64,000 bases of DNA from an uncultured Collinsella sp. GTDB taxonomy: Bacteria > Actinomycetota > Coriobacteriia > Coriobacteriales > Coriobacteriaceae. Location of the stretch: contig CATYJC010000001.1 in NCBI GenBank assembly GCA_958407555.1, forward strand, positions 1,188 to 65,187. Direction: 5' to 3'. The notes below the pieces were generated by a model. The model searched no databases. It worked only from the letters and a program-made list of their open reading frames with translations, and was not told the DNA's origin. Made by a program: the position numbers and the translations under genes. Numbering within the stretch: the first letter of the stretch is position 1; each line of letters starts with the position of its first letter. Positions 9,367 to 18,272 of this stretch are shown here, in pieces.

Positions 9367-10527
9367 ATGTCGGATTCGCCTAATTTTTTGACCTATGCCC
9401 AGACGGCGTTTGATCCGTTTGAGGAGCGGCCGTTCTGCGCGGTGGATAGCCTGGTCTTTGCGTGGTTGTCCTATTTGCGTTTGCCGGGTGATATGGCGGA
9501 ACTGGCCGGTTGGCAGGGGCTGGAAGTGCGTGAGTTGCTGCGTGCCGAGTGCTACCAGGACATGATTGGCGATTTGTGGAATCCAGAGGGGAGCCGCGCC
9601 TTGTTGGAGGCCGTGGCAGCAAGCCCTCGCTACCGTGGCGTGCACGTTTGCGGCTATCGTGCCGTGAGCGATGTGGTGACGACAGAGCAGTTTGCAGCTA
9701 TGACGTTCCGGTTTCCGGCGGGGTTTAGTTATCTTTCCTTCCGGGGGACCGACAGCACGATCGTGGGCTGGAAAGAGGACTTTAACATGGCGTTCCGGTG
9801 TCCTGTGCCGGCCCAGGAATCCGCGGCGCGTTATGTGGACGAGGCGGCGGATGCGATTGACGGGCCGCTTTTGTGCGGAGGTCATTCCAAGGGTGGAAAC
9901 CTTGCGGTGTACGGTGCGGCGATGTGCTCCGATGTCGCCCGTGAGCGAATCGAGCGGGCGTATTCCCATGATGGTCCGGGCTTCGTCGAGGAGTTTCTGA
10001 ACGGCGACGCCTTTGCCGATCTTTCCGGTCGAATCGACAAGACGCTACCTCGGTCGTCGATCTTTGGCATGATGTTCGAGACACAGGAGGACTATGCCAT
10101 CGTCGAGAGCACCGAGTTCAGCCTGCTGCAGCACAATCCCTTTAGCTGGGTGGTTGATGGTCGCGACTTCGTGTACTGCGAGCGCCTGTCCGCCGGTGCT
10201 CGATACGTTGATGGTTCCATTCGCGAGATGCTGCTTGCGGTGTCGCCTAGCGAGCGCGAGCGTTTTGTGGATGCGTTGTTCTCCGTGTTTGAGGCTACGG
10301 GTGCTGAGCGGTTTGCGGATATCGCTGGGAATCTGCGTGAGAGCCTGCCCGTGATGCTCCAGGCTGCACAGGGCTTTGACAAGGATACGCGACGCTTTGT
10401 CTCGCAGACCATCGTGGCAATCCTTAAATGCGCACTGCTGCCCAAACGACCCCAGATCGACATGCCCGCTGCCGGCAAGAGTTTGGCAGAACAGCTCGAG
10501 GCTTGGCAGTCCGAGCTCCTGCGCTAG
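9367..10527 (+). CDS. DUF2974/Mbeg1-like alpha/beta hydrolase (lipase-like)
   Basis: VDSLVFAWLSY, EQFAAMTF, FRGTDSTIVGWKEDFNM, GHSKGGNLA nucleophile elbow, HDGPGF, QHNPFSW. Confidence 0.9.
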   Translation: MSDSPNFLTYAQTAFDPFEERPFCAVDSLVFAWLSYLRLPGDMAELAGWQGLEVRELLRAECYQDMIGDLWNPEGSRALLEAVAASPRYRGVHVCGYRAVSDVVTTEQFAAMTFRFPAGFSYLSFRGTDSTIVGWKEDFNMAFRCPVPAQESAARYVDEAADAIDGPLLCGGHSKGGNLAVYGAAMCSDVARERIERAYSHDGPGFVEEFLNGDAFADLSGRIDKTLPRSSIFGMMFETQEDYAIVESTEFSLLQHNPFSWVVDGRDFVYCERLSAGARYVDGSIREMLLAVSPSERERFVDALFSVFEATGAERFADIAGNLRESLPVMLQAAQGFDKDTRRFVSQTIVAILKCALLPKRPQIDMPAAGKSLAEQLEAWQSELLR

Positions 10528-10529
10528 CC

Positions 10530-10563
10530 ATTGGTGCAAAGCACCTGTCCCCGATGCACCAAT
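10530..10563. repeat. REP-like element (stem plus ACCTGTCCCC loop), right of the DUF2974 gene
   Basis: ATTGGTGCA-aagcACCTGTCCCCga-TGCACCAAT. Confidence 0.65.
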
Positions 10564-10628
10564 CTTCGATGCGTCTGGGGCGGGCTCGACCGCTATACTG
10601 GTTCGTGCCGAAATCGATCTAGAACGGA

Positions 10629-11642
10629 ATGCCGTATATGAAAATCAATCACGCGATTCTGCATATCCTGGACTTTGACTCTGCCGTCAACGTTATGAGC
10701 CAGCGCGAGTTGGATATCGAAAGCCGTACCGTGCGCAACTTCGTGACCACGCATCTGCGCCGCGCACGCACCTCGGCCGACAATAAACGTGCCACGTTTG
10801 CCGAGAACTCTGCGTTTGGCGGCGAGCTCAAGGGCTATTTCTTTGGCGAGCGCGAGTTCGTGGACCTGTCGCAGCAGATTGCGGAGTTTATCTCCTCCGA
10901 GCTCACCAAAGCCGAGAAAGCCGAGTCCACCGACGTGCTCGTGGCCGATTTTGACGACGATGAGGATGCCCGCTGGTTTGCCGTGATGCTGCTGGGCTCC
11001 AAGCAGGCTTTTATGCACGAAGTGGGCCGCGAGGAGGGGGAGGTGCGCAATGACATCGCGCGCCACTACGCTATTCTGCCAAACCCCTCGCAAAAGGTGC
11101 CAAGCTATGCCATCGTGCGCGCGAGCACCATGGAGATCGGCTACGTGGACAAGAAACGCAAGATTGCCGGCGAGGACCGTATGCTTATCCCCGATGGCCT
11201 GCTGCAGTGCGACACGGGCGTGTCGGGCAAGGAGGTCATCGACACCGTGACGCGTGTGGTCGAGGAAGTCGCCGAGGAGCACGGTGCCAACACGGCCGTG
11301 GCACTCGCCAAGGTTAAGGCTGCCGTTGCCGAGAAGGTTGAGGATGACGAGGAGCTGCCGCCTTGGGATATCGTCGATGAGGTCTTTGAGGACGAACCGG
11401 TCATCAAGGAAAGCGTGCGCGCGGCACTGACCGAGGAGAAGGTTCCCGAGCGCGTTCCCGTGGAGCGCAAGCAGGTCGAGCGCGCTGCCGTGCGCAATCA
11501 CAAGATCCGTACCGACACGGGTATCGAAATCAGCTTCCCGGCCGAGATGGGTTCGAACTCCGAATACATCGAGTTCGTCAACGAGCCCAACGGCCTCATC
11601 TCCATCGAGCTCAAAAACATCGGTAGCATCGAGAATCGATAG
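10629..11642 (+). CDS. Nucleoid-associated protein, NA37/YejK-like family (start may be ATG 10638)
   Basis: MKINHAILHILD N-terminus and C-terminal KIRTDTGIEISFPAE....IEF.N..NG.ISI.LKNI typical of this family; about 337 aa. Confidence 0.8.
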   Translation: MPYMKINHAILHILDFDSAVNVMSQRELDIESRTVRNFVTTHLRRARTSADNKRATFAENSAFGGELKGYFFGEREFVDLSQQIAEFISSELTKAEKAESTDVLVADFDDDEDARWFAVMLLGSKQAFMHEVGREEGEVRNDIARHYAILPNPSQKVPSYAIVRASTMEIGYVDKKRKIAGEDRMLIPDGLLQCDTGVSGKEVIDTVTRVVEEVAEEHGANTAVALAKVKAAVAEKVEDDEELPPWDIVDEVFEDEPVIKESVRAALTEEKVPERVPVERKQVERAAVRNHKIRTDTGIEISFPAEMGSNSEYIEFVNEPNGLISIELKNIGSIENR

Positions 11643-11664
11643 GGCTTTTTCTTTCGAATAAAAG

Positions 11665-11706
11665 TCTGGATTATATTTTGAAGTATACTTTGAAATATAA
11701 TCCAGA
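11665..11706. promoter_or_regulatory. 42-bp palindromic operator overlapping the TA promoter
   Basis: TCTGGATTATATTT-tg-AAGTATACTT-tg-AAATATAATCCAGA; contains TATAAT; about 20 bp upstream of the antitoxin start. Confidence 0.7.
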
Positions 11707-11725
11707 TTATTTTTTGGAGGTCAAA

Positions 11726-12076
11726 ATGTCCCCACTTGTTCTGGAAAAACCGGTGTTTACAAAAGACCAGGTTGTTTCGGCTACCGAAGCAAGCAAGTCT
11801 TTATCTGCCATTCGTAAACGCGCAAAACGCGCACCACAGTTCATTGCCGATCATAACGATATCGATACCGTGATTATCGACTATGCTGCCTATGAGGAAA
11901 TGTACGGCGCGCTGCGGTATCTGCGCGAACTTGAGATAAATCGCATCGCTGCGGATCGAGTCAAGCATGGTCCGCATGAGTTTGTTCCATTTGAGGACGC
12001 CTTAACTGCCGAGGAGCTCGCAGAGTTTGAGTCGATAGATCCGGACGCGATCCCCGATGAGGATCTTTTCGAATGA
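11726..12076 (+). CDS. Type II antitoxin, Phd/YefM-like
   Basis: GGAGG RBS; VVSATEASKSLSAI...PQFI....DTVIIDYAAYEEM Phd-like N-domain; acidic C-tail; ATGA overlap with the toxin. Confidence 0.8.
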   Translation: MSPLVLEKPVFTKDQVVSATEASKSLSAIRKRAKRAPQFIADHNDIDTVIIDYAAYEEMYGALRYLRELEINRIAADRVKHGPHEFVPFEDALTAEELAEFESIDPDAIPDEDLFE

Positions 12077-12417
12077 GTGGGCATTTTGTCGTCGGCTTTT
12101 TGAATCGAGACGTCGAGAAGGAATATCAAAAACTAGATGGATCTCAGCGAAGGCTCGTCCGTATTGCAGTCGCGAAATTAAAGACGCGCGCTGATGAAAT
12201 TGGAACGCCGCTTCACGGCGAGCTTGCCGGCTGCAAAAAGATCAAATGGCGGAATGCAGGACTCCGAATGGTTTTTCGAATCCGGGAGGACGGAACGGTT
12301 GAGATTGCCGAGATCGTGGCAATAGGGCGGCGCGACCGTTCCGAGGTCTATAAGACGGCCGCAGGGCGCCTGTCAAAGCGACCCGCCATGGTTGAATACG
12401 ACGGAACCCTGAGATAG
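12073..12417 (+). CDS. Type II toxin, RelE/ParE family
   Basis: 114 aa, basic; EKEYQKLD, GTPLHGELAGCKKIKWRNAGLRMVFR, IVAIGRRDRSEVY. Confidence 0.85.
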   Translation: MSGHFVVGFLNRDVEKEYQKLDGSQRRLVRIAVAKLKTRADEIGTPLHGELAGCKKIKWRNAGLRMVFRIREDGTVEIAEIVAIGRRDRSEVYKTAAGRLSKRPAMVEYDGTLR

Positions 12418-12484
12418 GGAAGGCCGAAGTTCCGATGTGAACTGCCTCCCATTTCTTGGACATGAGAAATGGGAGGCTTTCTTT

Positions 12485-12976
12485 ATGCGCGTTGATTTGA
12501 GAGTGAAGCATGATATCGAGGCCAGGAAGGCGGCCATAGGGCTCTTCGAGCTCGGGCACGGGTATAAATCTGCCGCGATTGCCCTTTCGCTTCCAGCGGA
12601 AGCCGTGAGAAGATGGCAGGAGATATACCGCGCGTTCGGGAGCGAGGTGCTGCTGCGCATGGACGGAAAGCAGGGCAGGTATACATACGAGCAGAAGGTC
12701 GCCGCCGCCTCCGCCGTCGTCGACCGCGGCATGACGAAGACCGAGGCGATGGCGGCGTTCGGCATAATGTCGATGTCGCCGCTCGATAAGTGGTGCGCGC
12801 TATACCGCCGGGGCGGCGCGGAGGCCCTGCGCCCGAGGCCCAAGGGCCGGCCGAGCGGTTCCAAGGCGAGGCCGCGGACCCGCGAGGAGGAGCTCGAGGA
12901 GCGGTGCCGAAGGCTCGAGGCGGAGGTGGCCTACCTAAAAAAATTTCGCGCCCTGGTCGAGAGGGACGGGCTCTGA
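12485..12976 (+). CDS. IS3-family transposase OrfA (HTH plus coiled coil)
   Basis: Tandem HTH segments; EELEERCRRLEAEVAYLKK; A7 slippery site at 12937-12943. Confidence 0.9.
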   Translation: MRVDLRVKHDIEARKAAIGLFELGHGYKSAAIALSLPAEAVRRWQEIYRAFGSEVLLRMDGKQGRYTYEQKVAAASAVVDRGMTKTEAMAAFGIMSMSPLDKWCALYRRGGAEALRPRPKGRPSGSKARPRTREEELEERCRRLEAEVAYLKKFRALVERDGL

Positions 12977-13850
12977 CCAGGGTGAAGGCCGAAGCGGTCG
13001 CGGCCCTGCGCGCCGAGGGGCACGCGCTCGGGCACCTGCTCGCATGCGCCGAGCTCAAGATGTCGACCTACTACTACGCCCTCGCGCACCCGCCGAGGCC
13101 CACGCGCCCCGAGCTCCGGGAGGCGGCCGCCGAGATCTTCTCGCGCACCGCCAACGGCTGCGGGCACCGGCAGATAGCGATGTGCCTCAGGGCGGAAGGG
13201 GGGGGGCCGTGATAGCCGACAAGACCGTGCTCAAGATGATGCGCGAGATGGGGATTCGCTGCGGTATCAGACGCGAGACGGCCTACCACAGGTACAACTC
13301 GTACAGGGGCGTCGTCGGCAGAACGTTCGAGAACGTGATCGCGAGGGATTTCGACGCCGAGGCCCCGTGGCGGAAGCTGGGAACGGACGTCACCGAGTTC
13401 AAGGTGGCGGGCGGCAAGGCCTACTGGGCCCCGACGCTGGACTTCTGCACCAAGGAGATCGTGGCGAGCGACATATCGACCACGCCCGACATGGCCCAGC
13501 AGGCGAGGATGCTCGACGAGCTGCTGCCCAAGATCCCCGAGGGCGCCGCCCCGACCATGCACTCGGACCGGGGCTGGCAGTACCAGCACGCATCATACAC
13601 ATCCAGGCTCGAGGCCGCCGGCATCGTCCAGAGCATGTCCAGGAAGGCGAACTGCATCGACAATGCCGCCACCGAGCAGCTCTTCGGCCACGTCAAGGAC
13701 GAGTTCTACCGGGGTCGCGAGTGGAAGACGTTCGAGGATTTCAAACGCGACCTGGAGGAATACATAGTCCACTGGAATACGAGCCGGAGGCAGGTAAGAT
13801 TGAAGGGCCTGACCCCGGAGGAGTTCCGGAATCAGGCCCTCGCGGCCTAG
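12937..13850 (+). pseudogene. IS3-family transposase OrfB (DDE/rve), broken by an extra frameshift at a G9 run
   Basis: -1 frame after A7 encodes STYYY...GHRQIAMCL but stops at 13212; the DDE core (TDVTEF, HSDRGWQY, SMSRKANCIDNA..E..FG..KDE) is in the third frame; switch at G9 13198-13206. Confidence 0.8.
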
Positions 13851-13952
13851 TCGCTATTTAGGGCGTCCAAGATTTGGGACGCAGTTCAGATGGTGCTTCG
13901 GCCTTTTTTGCATGGGGCTGAATTACGTTGCAGGTCGAGCATACGTCAGCGA

Positions 13953-14050
13953 AAACGACCCAGAGCGAGCAAGGTGACGTGAAAGAGGAGGGCATTGACC
14001 TTCTGGTCATGCCCGACGATTGAACGTCAGATTGCCGCTCTGGGTCGTTT
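13953..14050. repeat. 98-bp rod-like imperfect palindrome in a convergent intergenic region
   Basis: AAACGACCCAGAGCG../..CGCTCTGGGTCGTTT, TGACGT/ACGTCA, GGGCAT-TGACC/GGTC-ATGCCC nested stems with purine-rich internal loops. Confidence 0.7.
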
Positions 14051-14092
14051 GCAGCGTCGACTAGCTACGCGGTTTGGTAAAACCGCGTAACC

Positions 14093-14812
14093 CTAGAGCT
14101 GGCGCAGACCCTCTTCCAGGCCGGTCTTGCTGTCGGTCTTCTCGTCGCGCATCTTGATGACGCGGGCGGGGACACCGGCCACGACGGCACCGGCGGGGAC
14201 GTCCTCGACGCACACGGCGCCGGCGGCAACGACAGCGCCCTTGCCTACGTGCACGCCCTCCAGGACCACGGCATTGGCGCCGATCATAACGTCGTCCTCG
14301 ATGATGACGGGCGTGGCACTGGCGGGCTCCACGACGCCTGCCAGCACGGTGCCGGCGCCGATGTGGCAGTTCTTGCCCACGGTGGCGCGGCCGCCCAGCA
14401 CAGCGCCCATGTCGATCATGGAGCCTTCACCAATGACGGAGCCGATGTTGATGATGGCGCCCATCATGATGACGGCACGATCGCCAATCTCGACACGGTC
14501 GCGGATGATCGCGCCCGGCTCGATGCGGGCGTTGATACCCTTGAGGTCGAGCATGGGCACGGCGGAGTTGCGGCAGTCGTTCTCTACGTCGTAGTAGTCG
14601 ATGGAGTCGGCGTTGGCGTCGAGGAGTGCCTTGAGCTCATCCCAGTCACCAAAGACGGTCTTGCCACGACGACCGCCGTAGACGTGCGCATTGCCCCACT
14701 GGACCTTCATGCCCGGCTTTTCGCGCACGTACAGTTTGACGGGCGTTTTCTTGGGCGCGGTTGCGATGTAGTTGATAATCTCCTGTGCATCCATCTCGGC
14801 TGCATTACTCAT
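14093..14812 (-). CDS. dapH: Tetrahydrodipicolinate N-acetyltransferase (DapH type)
   Basis: [52 protein letters not shown] and hexapeptide repeats match Firmicutes-type DapH. Confidence 0.9.
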   Translation of the reverse strand: MSNAAEMDAQEIINYIATAPKKTPVKLYVREKPGMKVQWGNAHVYGGRRGKTVFGDWDELKALLDANADSIDYYDVENDCRNSAVPMLDLKGINARIEPGAIIRDRVEIGDRAVIMMGAIINIGSVIGEGSMIDMGAVLGGRATVGKNCHIGAGTVLAGVVEPASATPVIIEDDVMIGANAVVLEGVHVGKGAVVAAGAVCVEDVPAGAVVAGVPARVIKMRDEKTDSKTGLEEGLRQL

Positions 14813-14851
14813 TTGCTGTCTCTCCTTTGAGTGGATCCGGTTGATACCTGG

Positions 14852-15592
14852 TTAGGCAAACATGACCTGGTCGAACGTATAGAAGCCAGGCTCGCGGGTG
14901 ACGAGCTTCTGCGCGGCTGCCAGGGCGCCGTTGACGAAGATCTGACGGCTCGTGGCGCGGTGCGTGAGCGTGACCTCCTCGTCCTGGCCGAAAAAGCTTA
15001 CCTCGTGCACGCCGGCGACGGTGCCGCCGCGCAGCGAGTGCATGCCGATCTCCTTGGGGTCGCGCGCGCCGCACATGCCCTCGCGGCCATAGACGGGGTG
15101 GTAGCCAGCCTCAGGCTCGGCCTCGACCACGGCGTCGAGTAGCAGCTTGGCGGTGCCGCTGGGAGCGTCGACCTTTTGGCTGTGGTGCGTCTCGACAATC
15201 TCGCAGTCAAAGCCGGGCAGCTCGCGCGTGGCCTGGGCAACCAGATGGCGCAGGGCGGCGATACCGATAGAGTAGTTGCCCGAGTGCATAACACGGGCGT
15301 TCTGACCCAGCTCACGCAGGCGATCCACCTGCTCGGGCGTATAGCCCGTGGTGCCGGAAACGAGTGCGGCACCCGTGCGCTCGACATAGGCGACAACGGC
15401 ATCGAAGGTCACGACGTTCGAGAAGTCGATGATTACATCGGCGGCCGGTGCGCTCTCGAGCTCGGACAAGTCGAAGCCGATCTGGGCGACGATGTCAAAA
15501 ACGGGCTCTCCAGCGGCGTTGACAATGCCCTCGGTGGTAGTGCGGATGAGCGAGCCCATGCGGCCCGTTCCCATAATGACGGTCTTAATCAA
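14852..15592 (-). CDS. dapB: 4-hydroxy-tetrahydrodipicolinate reductase
   Basis: GTGRMG, DVIIDFS, SGTTG, SGNYSIG, ETHHSQKVDAPSGTA, HSLRGGTVAGVHEV; TTG start overlapping the upstream stop. Confidence 0.95.
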   Translation of the reverse strand: MIKTVIMGTGRMGSLIRTTTEGIVNAAGEPVFDIVAQIGFDLSELESAPAADVIIDFSNVVTFDAVVAYVERTGAALVSGTTGYTPEQVDRLRELGQNARVMHSGNYSIGIAALRHLVAQATRELPGFDCEIVETHHSQKVDAPSGTAKLLLDAVVEAEPEAGYHPVYGREGMCGARDPKEIGMHSLRGGTVAGVHEVSFFGQDEEVTLTHRATSRQIFVNGALAAAQKLVTREPGFYTFDQVMFA

Positions 15593-17894
15593 GCAGACCA
15601 GCTCCTTTCAGAGCATCGGTAAGTGCGGAGCGCGTGTCGTCTGCCATGGGGCACAGCGGCATGCGGTAGTTTGCCTCGATCATACCCATCTGGGCGAGTG
15701 CTTCCTTGACGGGAATGGGGTTGACCTCGCTAAAGAGGGCATTGATGAGCGGCTGGCCGGCAATCTGGATATCGCGGGCGCGCTCCACGTCGCCGTCCAG
15801 ATAGGCGCGGCACATGTCGTGCACGAGCTGCGGCTGAACGTCGGCCCACACGCTGATGGTGCCCGAAGCGCCCAGGCTCATGAGCGGCACGGTGAGGGCG
15901 TCCTCGCCCGAGTACATGCGGAAGTCGTCGGACAGCAGGTGGGCAATCTTGGCCGCGTAGGCGACGTTGCCCGAGGCTTCCTTAATACCCATGATGTTGG
16001 GATGTGCGGCCAGGCGCTCTACGTTGCGCTCGCTGATGCCGCAGCCGCAACGGCCGGGGATGTTGTACAGGATGCAGGGGATGTTCACGGCATCGGCGAC
16101 GGTCTTAAAGTGCTGGTAGATGCCCTCTTCGTTGGACTTGTTGTAGTAGGGGGTGATGAGCAGCAGGCCGTCGGCTCCCAAGCCCTGGTAGGTGAGCGAC
16201 TTGGTGAGCATCGTCTGCGTGGAGTTGGAGCCCGAGCCGGCGATGACGGGGACGCGTCCTGCAACTTGCTTGACCACTGCGGCGACAACGGAGTTGTCCT
16301 CGTCATCGGTCATTGTGGCGCTCTCGCCGGTGGTGCCCAGGGTGAGGATGGCGTCGGTGCCGTTTTGCAGGTGGAAATCGATAAGGCGTCCGAGCGCGTC
16401 AAAGTCGACGCTGCCGTCCTTTTTAAACGGCGTAACAAGGGCGACGATTGAGCCCTCAAGATTGCGGATGTCCATGTTCTTCTCCTTCGCGTCCGCGATC
16501 TGGATGCGTTTGTTCCATTGGGCGGCGACCGCCAGGCGCTCGTCTTGGGCACGACGGCGAGCACTTTCGGCGCGCGACTTGGCCAGCAGCTCTCGGCCGC
16601 TCGGCAACACGTCGAGCGTGGCAAAATAATCGCCCGGGCGCTCGGCGCGGCGGATGAGGTCGGCCGAGCCATCGGGGCGCAGCAGGACCTCGGCGGAGCG
16701 CAGCCGCCCATTGTAGTTGTAGCCCATGGAGTAGCCATGCGCGCCGGTATCGTGGATTACAAGCAAGTCGCCCATGTCGATATGCGGCAGCTCGCGATCG
16801 ATGGCGAACTTGTCGTTGTTCTCGCATAGGTTGCCCGTGATGTCGTAGGTGTCCGTAACGGGTGCTGTGGTCTTGTCGTCGCCACCCGGCTGGCCCATCA
16901 CCGTAATGTGGTGGTAAGCGCCATACATGGCAGGACGGATCAGATCGACGGCGCTTGCATCGACACCGATATAGTCCTTGTAGATCTGCTTTTCGTGGAT
17001 AGCCTTGGTGACCAGGCAGCCGTAGGGGCCCATCATAAAGCGGCCCATCTCGGTGCAGATGGCCACATCGCCCATACCGGCGGGAACCAGGATCTCGTCG
17101 TAGGCCGCGTGCACCCCCTCGCCGATGGCGTGAATGTCGTTGGCCTGCTGCTCGGGCAGATAGGGGATGCCGACGCCGCCGGACAGATTGATGAAGGCGA
17201 CATGTGCGCCGGTCTCGCGCTCCAGGCGCACGGCAAGCTCAAAGAGGATGCGCGCGAGCTTGGGGTAGTAGTCGTTGGTGACGGTGTTGCTGGCAAGGAA
17301 TGCGTGGATGCCAAAGTTTTCGGCGCCCTTGGCCTTGAGCATGCGGAAGGCCTCGAAGAGCTGCTCGGTGGTCATGCCGTACTTGGAGTCGCCGGGGTTA
17401 TCCATGATGCCGTTGGAGAGTTGGAACAGGCCGCCCGGATTAAAGCGGCAGCTGACCGTCTTGGGGATGGGCCCCGCAACGCGCTCAAAGAACTCGATGT
17501 GGCTGATGTCGTCAAAGTTGACGATGGCGCCCAGTTTGTCGGCGAGCTCAAAGTCCGCTGCCGGCGTGTCGTTGGACGAGAACATGATGTCGTGTCCCGT
17601 GATACCCAGCGAGCGGGCGATCATGAGCTCGGTATAGCTCGAGCAATCGCAGCCGCAGCCGTATCCGTTGAGAATGGAGATGAGCGCCGGGTTGGGATTG
17701 GCCTTGACGGCAAAGTATTCCTTAAAGCCCGGGTTCCATGCGAAGGCGTCGCGCACCTCTTGCATGTTGCGGCGGATGCCCGCCTCGTCATATAGATGAA
17801 ATGGCGTGGGGAACTGCTCGACGATATGCTCGAGCGTCTCCTTGTCCACAAACGGCTGCTTGGCCGCATATGCCTCGTTGGGGGTCAATGCCAT
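15585..17894 (-). CDS. lysA-dapA: In-frame fusion of diaminopimelate decarboxylase (LysA) and 4-hydroxy-tetrahydrodipicolinate synthase (DapA)
   Basis: 769 aa: FAVKAN, SKYG, NLSGG.G, EMGR, GNLCENND, MGYNYN (LysA), then MDIRNLEGSIVALVTPF, GTTGES, TPYYNK, LYNIPGR, GIKEASG (DapA); no stop between them. Confidence 0.9.
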   Translation of the reverse strand: MALTPNEAYAAKQPFVDKETLEHIVEQFPTPFHLYDEAGIRRNMQEVRDAFAWNPGFKEYFAVKANPNPALISILNGYGCGCDCSSYTELMIARSLGITGHDIMFSSNDTPAADFELADKLGAIVNFDDISHIEFFERVAGPIPKTVSCRFNPGGLFQLSNGIMDNPGDSKYGMTTEQLFEAFRMLKAKGAENFGIHAFLASNTVTNDYYPKLARILFELAVRLERETGAHVAFINLSGGVGIPYLPEQQANDIHAIGEGVHAAYDEILVPAGMGDVAICTEMGRFMMGPYGCLVTKAIHEKQIYKDYIGVDASAVDLIRPAMYGAYHHITVMGQPGGDDKTTAPVTDTYDITGNLCENNDKFAIDRELPHIDMGDLLVIHDTGAHGYSMGYNYNGRLRSAEVLLRPDGSADLIRRAERPGDYFATLDVLPSGRELLAKSRAESARRRAQDERLAVAAQWNKRIQIADAKEKNMDIRNLEGSIVALVTPFKKDGSVDFDALGRLIDFHLQNGTDAILTLGTTGESATMTDDEDNSVVAAVVKQVAGRVPVIAGSGSNSTQTMLTKSLTYQGLGADGLLLITPYYNKSNEEGIYQHFKTVADAVNIPCILYNIPGRCGCGISERNVERLAAHPNIMGIKEASGNVAYAAKIAHLLSDDFRMYSGEDALTVPLMSLGASGTISVWADVQPQLVHDMCRAYLDGDVERARDIQIAGQPLINALFSEVNPIPVKEALAQMGMIEANYRMPLCPMADDTRSALTDALKGAGLLD

Positions 17895-17965
17895 GTCCCG
17901 TAAACCTCGCTATCCAGACGGCGCCATCTGCGCATCGAATCCGCATAGCGTGGACCCAATGTCCG

Positions 17966-18122
17966 GATAGCGCTCCCGCATTGCTGCAGACAGTCCTGTG
18001 GGTGTTTCCCGCAGGCCCACCAGGTTGTTCGTGCCCGAAAAGCCCAGTTCGGCGGGTTTCGCCTCCCCACGGGGTCAAAGCCTGCCGGCTCGCCCGCGGT
18101 TCTTCGTGCCCGCGCCTCTATC
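17966..18122 (-). ncRNA. Lysine riboswitch (L-box)
   Basis: Minus strand reads GATAGAGGCGCG...GGGGAGGCGAAACCCGCCGAA...TGGGCCTGCGGGAAACACCCACAGGACTGTC...GGAGCGCTATC, carrying the conserved L-box landmarks, in the 5' leader of lysA-dapA-dapB-dapH. Confidence 0.9.
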
Positions 18123-18272
18123 AAGTGGTAACGACCCTACCACGTTGCACTTTACCAAACAAGAGTATTCGTATATAACGTTTAAAAAATGCAGCAATAT
18201 GCTGGAAACATGTGTGCCACAATCCTGTATCACAATAAGTTACAACAGATATGCCTCACGAAGGGATCCTCT

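Larger units (their letters stand above)
12438..13888 (+). mobile_element. IS3-family (IS150-like) insertion sequence with 4-bp GATG target duplication
   Basis: IRL TGAACTGCCTCCCATTTCTTGGAC vs IRR(rc) TGAACTGCGTCCCAAATCTTGGAC; TG..CA ends; GATG at 12434-12437 and 13889-13892; orfA/orfB layout. Confidence 0.95.

Noticed and set aside
13953..14050. 6S RNA or SRP RNA
   Set aside because: Too short for 6S with no central bubble; no SRP GGAA tetraloop domain recognised
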